This document shows positions 45,034 to 55,217 of a DNA stretch of 64,000 nucleotides, one piece after another. The position numbers and the translations under genes are program-made. Below the pieces are notes generated by a model, which worked only from the letters and a program-made list of their open reading frames with translations, had not been told where the DNA came from and did no database searches. Numbering within the stretch: the first letter of the stretch is position 1; each line of letters begins with the position of its first letter. Origin of the DNA: a virus; the IMG/VR virus record IMGVR_UViG_3300028610_002211, positions 32,001 through 96,000 of that record, one strand, 5' to 3'.

Positions 45034-45342
45034 ATGAAACAAGTGACAACGCGTCAAGTTTCGCCTTTTCAAATCGAATTCCCGAAGACGAAAAAAGTTA
45101 AGGATAAAAAAGATCCGGTAAAGTTCGAAAGAACAAAAGACGGTGCCCTACATTTTCGTCCGGGGACGGTTGTGATTTTGACTGATGACGAGTATGATTT
45201 TCTGCAAAAAGACATATCTCAAAACAGAAAATTCATATTTCAAGGCGAGGTGAAAGAGCCGAAAAAAGCGAAATGGCCAACACCAACAACGCCAACAACG
45301 CCAAAAGCACAAGAGCCGAAAAAGGCGAAGAAGAAAAGTTAA
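45034..45342 (+). CDS. hypothetical protein
   Basis: SD GAGG; PTT-repeat/K-rich tail. Confidence 0.65.
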   Translation: MKQVTTRQVSPFQIEFPKTKKVKDKKDPVKFERTKDGALHFRPGTVVILTDDEYDFLQKDISQNRKFIFQGEVKEPKKAKWPTPTTPTTPKAQEPKKAKKKS

Positions 45343-45390
45343 TTCAACCAAGCGGCAAAAACCTTGCTTGGTGTTTCCCAATGGGGTGCC

Positions 45391-45846
45391 GTGTTTAAGA
45401 TTCACACCAAAGATGGTAGAACCGTGATTGTCGACCCAAAAAAAGATCACGGTGCAAAAGAGCTGTTGAAACAGTTCGAAAGTCAATTTTATCAAAATAC
45501 AGTAACTGGTATTTCTCTTCTTAGAGAATGTGGTGGGCAAGCTCGTTGCCCGATTTGTAAACGGTCAAATTTGGTCTGTAATAGTTGTGGTAATTCGTTT
45601 AGTAATCACAAGTGTTCGACCGGTGTTCAATATTCAATTTCAAGGCCAAAAGATTGTAGACGAATTCATTTTGCTCCAACTGTTGTTAAACCAGATCAAA
45701 ATGCGGGGAACAAAGGGGGTGAGCGGGTAACTGTTTTTGTCGATGGGTTTAAAATCGATTTAATGGCGCACAATAATCAACCGGCTTTACGGGTTACAGT
45801 GGCAAAAACTGGCGCTCTGAGATATAATCCAGTTGATAAAGGTTAA
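45391..45846 (+). CDS. Zn-finger-containing hypothetical protein
   Basis: GGGGTG before GTG 45391; CPIC..CNSC. Confidence 0.6.
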   Translation: MFKIHTKDGRTVIVDPKKDHGAKELLKQFESQFYQNTVTGISLLRECGGQARCPICKRSNLVCNSCGNSFSNHKCSTGVQYSISRPKDCRRIHFAPTVVKPDQNAGNKGGERVTVFVDGFKIDLMAHNNQPALRVTVAKTGALRYNPVDKG

Positions 45847-45848
45847 TT

Positions 45849-46415
45849 TTGGCAACTAGTTTACAAAGGTTAAAACAGATAGCAAAGCCGGATAGCTTTG
45901 ACGATCAAAAAAGCGCTGCGCAAATTGCAAATTCAGAAAACAATTCTGTAGATTTGGCAGAATTTGCCGAAGCGCTATTGTCACAGTTTAAACGGATCAT
46001 CCATGGGAATCAATCGGGCAACTGGTTTGACGATCCAACTTCTGTTTTTGGCGGCGATGCTTCGTTATTTTCATTATTCCAATCGGCAAGCCCGGAAATA
46101 CAAGTCGATTTACAAGACAACAACATTGAAATAATTGTTGTTGGCGACAAAACAGTTTTCCGAAAAATAATCTGGAATTATTCTTTTGAACTACCGATTG
46201 GTGATAAAGCTTTAACCGGATGTTTCGTTTTTAATCACAATGGCACAAATGTTGATTTAGATAATCACTATTCGTACATACCGCCAGAAATCACAGGTGT
46301 AACTTTCAACGCATCGATAGTCGGAAACGATATTCGATTAACCGTAACAACAAACGGCGTTGGGGAACACCCAAAACTAAGGTATCGTGCCGTGACCATA
46401 AAGCTTGCGGCGTAA
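45849..46415 (+). CDS. putative virion protein
   Basis: AAGG before TTG; beta-rich C-terminus. Confidence 0.6.
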   Translation: MATSLQRLKQIAKPDSFDDQKSAAQIANSENNSVDLAEFAEALLSQFKRIIHGNQSGNWFDDPTSVFGGDASLFSLFQSASPEIQVDLQDNNIEIIVVGDKTVFRKIIWNYSFELPIGDKALTGCFVFNHNGTNVDLDNHYSYIPPEITGVTFNASIVGNDIRLTVTTNGVGEHPKLRYRAVTIKLAA

Positions 46416-46433
46416 AAACGGAGGTAATAGAAA

Positions 46434-47243
46434 ATGACATCAAAGAATTATGGTCTAATCGGCGTTGGATCAATAGTCCAATATGGTAAAGTCGGACCGA
46501 AACTAAAAAACAACTCGGGTATTTTCGAACACAGAAATACTGCCGATGATGACTTTGTTATTGCTCGTGGCGCACACCCAATTGGTGATAACGACTTTGT
46601 CACCAAATATTATTTGGAAACGCGGGCGGATGTCATCGTTACCGGACAAATTGATGGCGGTTCTCCACCTTCACCCACGACCTTGGGGCGGATCTTCATT
46701 TGTACCACAACGGGCGGCGCGTTCACTCTCAAATATCTGTACCGTGACACGGGCGCAGCATGGGTTGAAATCGTTCCTGTTGAAGGTATGCGTATCAGTG
46801 TAACAGACGCATTGACGGGCGGTACAGACGAGTATGAAGCCGATCACTTGTACATGTGGGATGATGATGGTTCAGTATGGATCGATCTGGGACCGGCACC
46901 GTCGTCTTCTGAAATTATTAAAGCGGCGGCTTTGGCGTTTGACTATCAAGATACGGGCGTCAATTTGATCAAAAACGTTCCCAACGGTTGTACGTTGACA
47001 AAAACAAAACTCAATGTGACACAAACTTTCGATGGAACAACGCCAGTTGCAAAAATCGGCGATACTTCGGACGACGATCGCCATATGGAAGAAACCGAAA
47101 ACGATTTGGAAGTTGTTGGGTTATATGTCACAGAAAACATGTACCTGTATGGTGCTGCAACCGATGTTGACATAACAGTAACAGTCGGAGGTACACCAAC
47201 ACAAGGGACGGCGCGGGCGTTGATCGAATACGCGTTACCGTAA
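46434..47243 (+). CDS. fibre/decoration-like virion protein
   Basis: SD GGAGGT; P..D.D.VTK.Y fibre motif, W.EI.P.EG segment, jelly-roll C-terminus. Confidence 0.65.
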   Translation: MTSKNYGLIGVGSIVQYGKVGPKLKNNSGIFEHRNTADDDFVIARGAHPIGDNDFVTKYYLETRADVIVTGQIDGGSPPSPTTLGRIFICTTTGGAFTLKYLYRDTGAAWVEIVPVEGMRISVTDALTGGTDEYEADHLYMWDDDGSVWIDLGPAPSSSEIIKAAALAFDYQDTGVNLIKNVPNGCTLTKTKLNVTQTFDGTTPVAKIGDTSDDDRHMEETENDLEVVGLYVTENMYLYGAATDVDITVTVGGTPTQGTARALIEYALP

Positions 47244-47262
47244 ACTGAAGAAGGTGTTTTAA

Positions 47263-47544
47263 ATGGGTGATTACAAAGCGGGCAATCTCAAAGGTACGTT
47301 AAAAGACAACTTTGAGGTTGGGGATGGTGCTGAATACGGGATCGATCGCGTTGGAGATCATTTGCGCGTTAAGGATGTTGAGATGGGTGCTCAGCGAATT
47401 TCTGACTTGATGGGGTGGCATTTGGTGGAATCCGGACAAACGAGAACAGTTCCAGCTAATTTTACTCATACTGTATCCGATATAACGATTGAGGAAGGTG
47501 GCACTTTAGTCATCGAGGAAGGTGGCGTTTTAGCGATATTGTGA
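47263..47544 (+). CDS. small fibre-associated protein
   Basis: SD AAGGTG; (TIEEGG)x2 beta repeats. Confidence 0.6.
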   Translation: MGDYKAGNLKGTLKDNFEVGDGAEYGIDRVGDHLRVKDVEMGAQRISDLMGWHLVESGQTRTVPANFTHTVSDITIEEGGTLVIEEGGVLAIL

Positions 47545-47662
47545 CGAATGGCCAAGGGAAGGTGCGGAGTGGGAACATTCCGAGCACCTACGGCACAGAT
47601 AGGCATATCGTTACGGATGTTTATCGAGATTTCGTGAATGTAGAAAATGATGAGGTGTAATT

Positions 47663-48796
47663 TTGACACACCATAAATATTTGAGTCGATTAACAAGTCA
47701 CCCAGTAACGCCCGCTACAGGTGTGGATCTCATATATACATTAAGCACTAACGGGCACCTGTATGTCAAAAACACTTTTGGCACTTTCGATTTAACGACC
47801 GCAGTTGGGTTAGCCCACAATGATCTTTCAAACATTCAAGGAGGTGGAGCGAGCGAACGTCAGCATATGACGACAGCACAACACGCCAAGGCCACACAGA
47901 ACGCTTCTGGGTCTCAGGATGGGTTGTTGAGTCAGGCTGATTGGTCGGCGTTTGACGGGAAATCCGATTATGCCGATCCTTTGACTACCGATGGTGATAT
48001 TCTCATTCGGGATACAATTACGAAACGGCTGGCTAAAGGGTCAGATGACCAGATATTGACGCTTGCGAGTGGATTACCTTCGTGGGAGGATGCAGCCGCC
48101 GAGAGTGCGTTTTCTATGGACTGTGTTGTGGGGCTGCTGGCCACGTGGATATCGGACACAACGCTGAGAATCGTACCAGGGAAGTGTCGCAGTGATGATG
48201 ATACTTTCAATATGGTCTTAGGTAGTAATCGAGACGCTGTGATTACAGCATCTGGGGCCGGTGGGCTCGATACGGGTTCGGAAAGTAGTTCTACCGGATA
48301 TTACTTGTGGCTCATCTACGATACAACGGGTGAGACCTATGCAGCCATGCTGAGTGAGAGCGCTACCTCCCCAACAATGCCGGGCAACTACGACAAGAAG
48401 AGGCTTGTCGGATATACCTTCAATGATTCATCGAGCAATCTTCTTGACTTCAAAATGTTCGGTGATGGCTGCGTTCGGTTTGTGCATTACAATGAACCGA
48501 GACAAACGGTATTACGCCTTTTAAATGGTGGAACTGCAACTAGTTGGACTGATGTCGATTGTAGTACTTTGGTACCGATTAATGCTGTTTCGGTTAATTT
48601 ACACATGCAACATTCGACATCTAGTTTGGGTTATGTTCGTCCAAATGGTATGAGTAGTTTGACCGGAGGAGTTTCATTTGTTTTTGCAGGAAATGAAAAT
48701 ACTGTTGAGCTTGGAATAGATGACCAAACGATTGAGTATGATACAGGCGGAGGAAGCCTTATTTTGGATTTAGCCGGGTATAGGGTGTTGATTTAA
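47663..48796 (+). CDS. modular fibre-like protein 1
   Basis: SD GAGGTG plus TTG; HN.L..IQGG and DPLTT.GD..R modules. Confidence 0.7.
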   Translation: MTHHKYLSRLTSHPVTPATGVDLIYTLSTNGHLYVKNTFGTFDLTTAVGLAHNDLSNIQGGGASERQHMTTAQHAKATQNASGSQDGLLSQADWSAFDGKSDYADPLTTDGDILIRDTITKRLAKGSDDQILTLASGLPSWEDAAAESAFSMDCVVGLLATWISDTTLRIVPGKCRSDDDTFNMVLGSNRDAVITASGAGGLDTGSESSSTGYYLWLIYDTTGETYAAMLSESATSPTMPGNYDKKRLVGYTFNDSSSNLLDFKMFGDGCVRFVHYNEPRQTVLRLLNGGTATSWTDVDCSTLVPINAVSVNLHMQHSTSSLGYVRPNGMSSLTGGVSFVFAGNENTVELGIDDQTIEYDTGGGSLILDLAGYRVLI

Positions 48797-50778
48797 TGAC
48801 ATTTCTGCATAATATGTCTATAGTGGGTGCTCATCCATCTTCACCACCGACCGGTGACTACAATTTGTACGTTTTATCCACCAACGGGCATTATTATCTC
48901 CAATCATCAACAGAGATTATCGATTTAACAGATGCAGGGGTGAGTTTTGTTACTGATACTAATGAGCCAACGGGGCATATTGATAATAGCGATAGCACCA
49001 TTTCATTTGTGAATGGAACACGAACTTTCACGATACAACCGGCAGTATCTAGTTTTTCGTATTACGAGTCCGGGACGAAATACACTAAAACAACAGCGCA
49101 GAATGTTGTTATAGACGACACGGAGGGGATACACTTCATCTATTTCGACGGTGCGACGTTGACGGCGGTAGCGAATCCTACAGATTCGCAGATTGAAATT
49201 ATCTACAAGATCAAGGCGCTTTGTACGATTCTTTATTGGGATGCAGACAACGATGAACAGATTCTTTTTGGTGAGGAGCGACACGGCTGTGTGATGGATG
49301 GCGAGACGCATTATTTTTTGCATGCCATAATGGGTACACAGTATCGGTCAGGGGCAGCGTTGAATTCGCTTGTAACAGAGGGCAACGGTAGTTCAAATAC
49401 ACACGCACAGTTTGGTGTTGATGCCGGGATAATAGCCGATGAGGACCTTGTAATCACATTGGCGGCTGTGACATCGACAACGGGGCTTCCGGTGTACTAC
49501 AAGTCCGGGGCGTCAGGATATTGGAGACGTGATTTCAATTCTGGTTTTAGTATTATTACGGCTGGGACGGGCCGGGCGGCGTACAATGAGTGGACTGGTA
49601 GTACATGGCAGAAAACTGAGATAACAAATACTAAATTTGCATGTCTTCATGTGTTTGCGGTTAACGATATAACATACCCCTATATAGTAATTATGGGACA
49701 AGAGGAGTACTCAACTAAGATAGGAGCGCAAGCGGGAGCACGAGTAGAAATTGATACGCTGGTTACGTCTGGGATGCCGTTTGTGGAGTTCAAGCCAATT
49801 GCTACGGTTCTCATACAGACGAGCGATTCATATGGTAATGATGTACAGACCAGAACCAGGGAAGTTGAGAGCGGTGTTGATTATGTTGATTGGCGAGTAT
49901 CCGAGTTTTCATCGGCGGGGTCGGTGACATCAGATCATAATAACTTGAGTGGTTTGCAGGGTGGTCAGGGCGGGGAATACTACCATCTGACTGAGAGCGA
50001 ACATACGGGACTTTTTATAGACCCATTGACGACAAACGGTGATATTATCATCAGGGACACGACTACAAAGAGGCTGGCAGTTGGTAACGCTGGCGAGGTT
50101 CTGTCGTTGGTCTCCGGTTTGCCGAGTTGGCAGCCATCGTTTGGAGCAGATCCGAAAAAATGGGTTGTTTTCAAAGAGGATTTCATCGGTGCTCGGCTTA
50201 ACGATCATGTTTGGTCACCGTATTCATCCGGGACTGGTAGTTCGATTAATATTCGCACACCTACGGGGGAAAATGGCGTTGTGTATTTAACGGCGGGTCC
50301 ATCGAGCGGACGGTATTCGGAGATGGATTTCTATAACACCGGATTGAGTGACGAGGGGCGCAATTTCAGTATGCGGCGGAATCTCGTTATGAAGTTTCGG
50401 ATTAAGTGTTCGAGCACATCATCGATATTGGCTCATTGTGGTGTGCTCTTCGGAACAGATATTTTTATTCGATTTACGGCCGATTCAGCTAATGCAAATT
50501 TCCATTTGCAGACGAGCATATCGGCGGGGACAAATGATTCGGTCAGTACAAGCATCGCATTGGATACGGTTTGGCACGATGTTGAGATCCGTTGTGTGTA
50601 TGCGTCTGGGGTTTATTGTTATTTAGACGGATCTTTGGTTGCCTCGATTACCAATTTGAGCCGACTGCCAACAACACAATACGGGTTTGGTTATATTAGG
50701 TGTCAAGCAAAAACGACATCGTCGAAGTCTCTTGACGTGGATTACTACCACGCAATTCAAAAGCGAAATGATGCATAA
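48796..50778 (+). CDS. modular fibre-like protein 2 with C-terminal ConA-like lectin domain
   Basis: shares three modules with 47663; EDF...WH.VEI..YLDG..V..DVDY. Confidence 0.7.
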   Translation: MTFLHNMSIVGAHPSSPPTGDYNLYVLSTNGHYYLQSSTEIIDLTDAGVSFVTDTNEPTGHIDNSDSTISFVNGTRTFTIQPAVSSFSYYESGTKYTKTTAQNVVIDDTEGIHFIYFDGATLTAVANPTDSQIEIIYKIKALCTILYWDADNDEQILFGEERHGCVMDGETHYFLHAIMGTQYRSGAALNSLVTEGNGSSNTHAQFGVDAGIIADEDLVITLAAVTSTTGLPVYYKSGASGYWRRDFNSGFSIITAGTGRAAYNEWTGSTWQKTEITNTKFACLHVFAVNDITYPYIVIMGQEEYSTKIGAQAGARVEIDTLVTSGMPFVEFKPIATVLIQTSDSYGNDVQTRTREVESGVDYVDWRVSEFSSAGSVTSDHNNLSGLQGGQGGEYYHLTESEHTGLFIDPLTTNGDIIIRDTTTKRLAVGNAGEVLSLVSGLPSWQPSFGADPKKWVVFKEDFIGARLNDHVWSPYSSGTGSSINIRTPTGENGVVYLTAGPSSGRYSEMDFYNTGLSDEGRNFSMRRNLVMKFRIKCSSTSSILAHCGVLFGTDIFIRFTADSANANFHLQTSISAGTNDSVSTSIALDTVWHDVEIRCVYASGVYCYLDGSLVASITNLSRLPTTQYGFGYIRCQAKTTSSKSLDVDYYHAIQKRNDA

Positions 50779-50789
50779 GAGGTGATGAG

Positions 50790-52208
50790 ATGGTCAAAAT
50801 ACCGTATCAAATTTTGGTTCTAAAAAGTGTTACCAATTTAAAGCAGGTTATTGCAGGCGGCTACACCAATGCCGGGATCAATGATTGGGATCCTGAGTTG
50901 GTCGAAGTGGTTGAGACTCCACAGATTATTCCGTGGGATTTGAAAAATTGGATTGTGTACTGGGATACTGACGCGGTTAAGTATGCTAAGGGTGAGAAGA
51001 TAGTCTTGAAGAGTTCAGAGATTACCGATTTTGTGAACGCTAATGCGATTGTCACGGACCCGCATACCGGACTCGTTGGGCCATTCGATCTCATGCAAAT
51101 AATGGCCAACCGCAAAGAGCTCCACAACGATTCTGATAGCCCGTTGTACGAGCCGGGCTTTGCCCCTTTGCTCGGGGCCAGTGGGTCGGTACAAAACTTG
51201 ATTGACATTCATGGAAAACTTGGTTGGCACCAACAACAAATCACCGAAGCGCGTTATAGCAAACCGGAAAGTATGCTTATCTATTACGGCTATTTGAACG
51301 CGTTCAATTCAGATACTAACACAAATAACGGCTGGGATAACCAAAAAGTTGCAAAAGAATTCTCAAAATATAACATTTTAGTTTTTGGCAATGCTGTTGC
51401 AGGTCCACTTCATCCCGATTATGCAAACGCTCAAATTATTGTTGCGAGAATTAAACAACTCAACCCAGCAACACAAATTTTCGGTTATGTTGATACAACG
51501 AAAACACAAGAGAATTTCGAAAATGATGTTGATGATTGGGTGGATTTGGGCGCAACTGGTATTTTTATGGATCGCGCTGGTTACGATTTTGGAATCGATA
51601 GGGCCGGTTTTAATGCTCGGGTCAATTACGTTCACGGTGAAGGTTTGAACGTAATAGCTAATTGTTGGAATCAAGACAACGTTTATGGGTTGGCCGAAGA
51701 TCCTACTTACCCAAATGTCACTTTTAACCCGAGTGAACTCGATTCAAGCTTGACCCATCTCGATTATTACTTGTTAGAATCGGCGCCGATTAACACAGAC
51801 GCTTATACAGGTACAGGAGGCTACCAGAGCGCTTCAGATTGGGCCATAAGGGGCGTAAAGGCGATCGAGCATAGGGCGGCCAACGGTCCAAGAGTCGCGG
51901 CTTGTGGCATCATTGACGACAACCATGTAAGTGGTCAGGATTTGTTCAATTTTGGGTTTGTTGCGGCCTATATGTTTTCGCTCGAAGCTTTCGGGACTAG
52001 TCACAGTCTTTACGGCGCCGGTTTAGAACCTTATTCAAAATGGTGGAATCGGCCGTCTATTTCGGGCCTTGGAAATTGCAGTTGGTTAAACCCGTCCGTT
52101 CAGGTAGATAACCCGGATACAGACGTATGGTTAAGGTCTACCCAATTTGGCCGGTTGTGGGTTGATTTTTCAAGCGGGGGGCAATTAAGCGGGATAGAAA
52201 CGTGGTAA
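50790..52208 (+). CDS. putative glycoside hydrolase (spherulin-4/GH114-like TIM barrel)
   Basis: NP..QIFGYV, W..LGATGIFMD, V.YVH..GL.V.AN, DYYLLES. Confidence 0.6.
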   Translation: MVKIPYQILVLKSVTNLKQVIAGGYTNAGINDWDPELVEVVETPQIIPWDLKNWIVYWDTDAVKYAKGEKIVLKSSEITDFVNANAIVTDPHTGLVGPFDLMQIMANRKELHNDSDSPLYEPGFAPLLGASGSVQNLIDIHGKLGWHQQQITEARYSKPESMLIYYGYLNAFNSDTNTNNGWDNQKVAKEFSKYNILVFGNAVAGPLHPDYANAQIIVARIKQLNPATQIFGYVDTTKTQENFENDVDDWVDLGATGIFMDRAGYDFGIDRAGFNARVNYVHGEGLNVIANCWNQDNVYGLAEDPTYPNVTFNPSELDSSLTHLDYYLLESAPINTDAYTGTGGYQSASDWAIRGVKAIEHRAANGPRVAACGIIDDNHVSGQDLFNFGFVAAYMFSLEAFGTSHSLYGAGLEPYSKWWNRPSISGLGNCSWLNPSVQVDNPDTDVWLRSTQFGRLWVDFSSGGQLSGIETW

Positions 52209-52212
52209 AAAA

Positions 52213-52734
52213 TTGTCTGACAATGACTACAACTACAAAAAGATAGATCATGAGTTTCGCGATCTTAGAAAAGACAAGGCTTCTGTTGATTGGGTTAAAG
52301 CCAAGTGTGAACCGATCGATAGATCAATTGTGGACTTATGGGCCGCTGTCAATGAGGCCAAGGTTCATAAGTGTAAAAAGGAGGACCAATTGAAAGCTTT
52401 AGAGCAAATGCCGGGCATGCAACGCGATCTTGGCTCGTGGAAATTTTTTCGTAATTTGTTTATTGGGGTGATTGGTACTATTTTAATAGTTGTCATTTCC
52501 GCAATTGTCGCTTTTGCAAATGTTCAAGCCGATACTGAAAGAACAAAAGAAGATCTAAAAGAACAAAAAAGAAATTATGTTTCTTTTAAACACGATTTAA
52601 ACCAGATAAAAACCCAGGGCACTGTTCAACGACAACAAAAGGCTGATTTAGAAGAAATAAAAACTTCGTTAAAGTCGCTTGTAAAAATTCAGGAAGCGGC
52701 GGCCAAAGAAAAAAAGAAAAAACGAAAAAGGTGA
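52213..52734 (+). CDS. single-TM coiled-coil protein (holin/spanin-like)
   Basis: one TM flanked by coiled coils. Confidence 0.55.
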   Translation: MSDNDYNYKKIDHEFRDLRKDKASVDWVKAKCEPIDRSIVDLWAAVNEAKVHKCKKEDQLKALEQMPGMQRDLGSWKFFRNLFIGVIGTILIVVISAIVAFANVQADTERTKEDLKEQKRNYVSFKHDLNQIKTQGTVQRQQKADLEEIKTSLKSLVKIQEAAAKEKKKKRKR

Positions 52735-52738
52735 TCTG

Positions 52739-53041
52739 TTGGCTTTATATAATTCAAAACTTGTTCCTTTGATTGGTACGGTTGACAGTGCCAACAAAGG
52801 GTTTTCTACACCAACAAGGTTTGTTGCGGGTTCTATCAAAGCTATGATTAATGGGCAAGTTTATGAACCAAGTGACGATAATTATGGTTGGGCGGAAACA
52901 AGTGATCAATCTATCGAGTTTACAAATCCGCCTTGGGTTGGTGATGTTTTACAAGCGTTTTACCTAGATTTGGATAGTGAAGGTATTTCGTTGCAAAATG
53001 TTGTTGGGACTCCATTTGATCCAAGCGGCGTTTTACCATGA
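52739..53041 (+). CDS. small virion protein
   Basis: G.VD..N..F, NGQ, I.F..PP..GD.LQA.Y beta module. Confidence 0.6.
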   Translation: MALYNSKLVPLIGTVDSANKGFSTPTRFVAGSIKAMINGQVYEPSDDNYGWAETSDQSIEFTNPPWVGDVLQAFYLDLDSEGISLQNVVGTPFDPSGVLP

Positions 53042-53050
53042 GGTGAAGGT

Positions 53051-53653
53051 ATGCCTTTTCCAAACGAACACGCAGCAAGACAAACCGATCCAAAACAATA
53101 CGATTCTTTTCGAAGGGGTCAACCAAAAGGATTCCCAAGTGGAGTTTTTACGATTTATGGGATCAAAAGCGGAAAGTCAAAAATACAATCAATTCGCTTT
53201 AAATCGAACAAATGGACCGTCGAAGAAGCGAAAAAATGGTTGAAAAAAAACAAATTTAAAACGGCCGTTGAACCGGCTTCAAAACGGAAAGGTGTAAAAA
53301 AAATGGAAAACGCAATTGTTCACAAAGCGACTATAAATTTGATGGGTAGCGAATCAGTTTCTGATTATACCAGGAAAATAAACAGAGCTGGTCAAGATTA
53401 TCTTTTTCAGAATCTGAATTTACCAAAAAAAGATTCGTGGATCTATATGCGCGAAGTTTACTCCGATAGCGCTGTTTTTACCGTTTCAAAAAGCGGTGAA
53501 GGATCAAAGCTCTATGGTGTTACGTTTACACGTGATAAAGCCGGGGCTTTTTCGTTTTCATCGCCGATCGAAGTTGAACAATTTACACAATATCGCCCGG
53601 TTAAAACCAGTGTTGTTGTTACAAAGGTGTTGAAAAAGACTTTGTGGGGATAA
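53051..53653 (+). CDS. head-associated protein (MP.PNEHA.R-type domain; possible internal start 53303)
   Basis: SD GAGGTG; QSIRF..KWT.EEAK.WL. Confidence 0.7.
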   Translation: MPFPNEHAARQTDPKQYDSFRRGQPKGFPSGVFTIYGIKSGKSKIQSIRFKSNKWTVEEAKKWLKKNKFKTAVEPASKRKGVKKMENAIVHKATINLMGSESVSDYTRKINRAGQDYLFQNLNLPKKDSWIYMREVYSDSAVFTVSKSGEGSKLYGVTFTRDKAGAFSFSSPIEVEQFTQYRPVKTSVVVTKVLKKTLWG

Positions 53654-53698
53654 AGTCAACCGTATTGTTGTATTTAGAAAGAAAGTAGAAGGTAAATT

Positions 53699-54799
53699 AT
53701 GGCCGGTCTTGCTAGGGGAGAAGAAAATCAACCGTCGAAAATAAATTGGTTCATTCTAGTGAGCGGCGTTAACACAGACGCGTTTGAAATTGGTTTTCGA
53801 ATTTTCGACATTGTAGGTGGTTTGCCAGGCACACAAGTGTTTCCCGTTGCGGGTTACGAGGATGTCACCAACGCGCCCGGAAAATTCGGAGTAGGGTCTT
53901 ACTATGCCTATGACAATGGAGCGGGCACAGGGTACACCCCAGAGCTTACAGCGAGCGTAGGGACTCATCGGATTGAGTGGCGTTGGAAGATTTCAGCGGG
54001 CGCAGCATATCAGGCAGGTCACGAAGACTTCGAGGTTTTGGTTGAATCGGCGGGCGGTTCTACTGATACATATTGTTCGATCTTAGACATACGTAACGAA
54101 GGGTTAACCGATCCACCTTATTCAGATGCACAAATTTTGTCTTATATCGAGATTTGGCAAAGTTTTCTCGATCGGGCTTGTCGTCAATGGTTCAACCCTC
54201 GAACAATGATAATCGAGTTTGATGGGACTGATTCAGACGCAATTCATTTTGGTGTTCCGATTATTACGATTGAATATCTCCAAATCAATGAACGCGGGGT
54301 TGATCTCGAAGTCGAATATTACAAAGTTTATAGTGATCGGAACATGTTTCAGGATCGACAAAATCCAAGAATCAAACTTGTGAACAATCGCGATCGGCGG
54401 GATATTTTTACAGCGCCGATGGGCGGGCGATTGATTTTCAAGAAAGGACGTAAAAACCAAATCGTAAAAGGAACGTTTGGTTATGTCGAGGCGGACAGTT
54501 CAACGCCAAAATTAATCAAACGAGCTTTAACAAAATTGGTCATCGAAAAATTGACAGCACCGATTTATGTACCACCGGGTGAAGTTGGCGGCGGAAGCGC
54601 TACACCGCCAATTCTAGGCAACCTTTTGGAAGAATGGACTGATGGCCATAGAATGAAATACACTGCGCCAGGAGGCGACACAAAGCCTGTAGCGGCCGGT
54701 TTTAGGGGTATCACCAATGATCCGGAAATTTTAATGATTATCAAATTGTTTAAGGCTCCAATTGGAATCGCAACACCGGCGAATTTTAGCCACAAATAG
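53699..54799 (+). CDS. head-tail adaptor with N-terminal Ig-like domain
   Basis: YCSI.DIR, LDR.C.QWF, G.FGY, P.LI.RA..L. Confidence 0.75.
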   Translation: MAGLARGEENQPSKINWFILVSGVNTDAFEIGFRIFDIVGGLPGTQVFPVAGYEDVTNAPGKFGVGSYYAYDNGAGTGYTPELTASVGTHRIEWRWKISAGAAYQAGHEDFEVLVESAGGSTDTYCSILDIRNEGLTDPPYSDAQILSYIEIWQSFLDRACRQWFNPRTMIIEFDGTDSDAIHFGVPIITIEYLQINERGVDLEVEYYKVYSDRNMFQDRQNPRIKLVNNRDRRDIFTAPMGGRLIFKKGRKNQIVKGTFGYVEADSSTPKLIKRALTKLVIEKLTAPIYVPPGEVGGGSATPPILGNLLEEWTDGHRMKYTAPGGDTKPVAAGFRGITNDPEILMIIKLFKAPIGIATPANFSHK

Positions 54800-54809
54800 A
54801 GGGTGAAAA

Positions 54810-55217
54810 ATGGTAATTCCAAATTTACAACACCCGGTTCCAATTGACGTTGTTTCACTTGATTTAGCAAACACAATTCAAGACGACAAACATAGAGAGG
54901 CAGTTCAACAAACGACAACAACCACGACATTAGGTGTGCCTGGACAAGTCAAATGGTATGCCGAAGAAATGGAAATTGACGCGGGCGGGCGCAAAGTCAA
55001 GGCAACCGGTTATGTGTTGTTTCGTTATCTCGATTTAACAGCAAGAAGCGTAACGTTAAAATTCAATAGTCGGTTTACAAAAATCGGGAATATAACTGGT
55101 TTAGTCTATGTCGTTAATTTGGCACCAATAGGTCATTATTCCGATCAAGGCGGGGCGACAATGGTTAAAGCGTTTTTTAACGATCGACAACCGGCGGCGG
55201 GCGGATTTGATCTTTAA
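54810..55217 (+). CDS. head closure/stopper protein
   Basis: size, position after adaptor, beta-rich. Confidence 0.6.
   Translation: MVIPNLQHPVPIDVVSLDLANTIQDDKHREAVQQTTTTTTLGVPGQVKWYAEEMEIDAGGRKVKATGYVLFRYLDLTARSVTLKFNSRFTKIGNITGLVYVVNLAPIGHYSDQGGATMVKAFFNDRQPAAGGFDL

Noticed and set aside
47663-50778. Diversity-generating retroelement acting on the fibre genes
   Set aside because: Shared modules differ at all base types rather than only adenines; no reverse transcriptase seen
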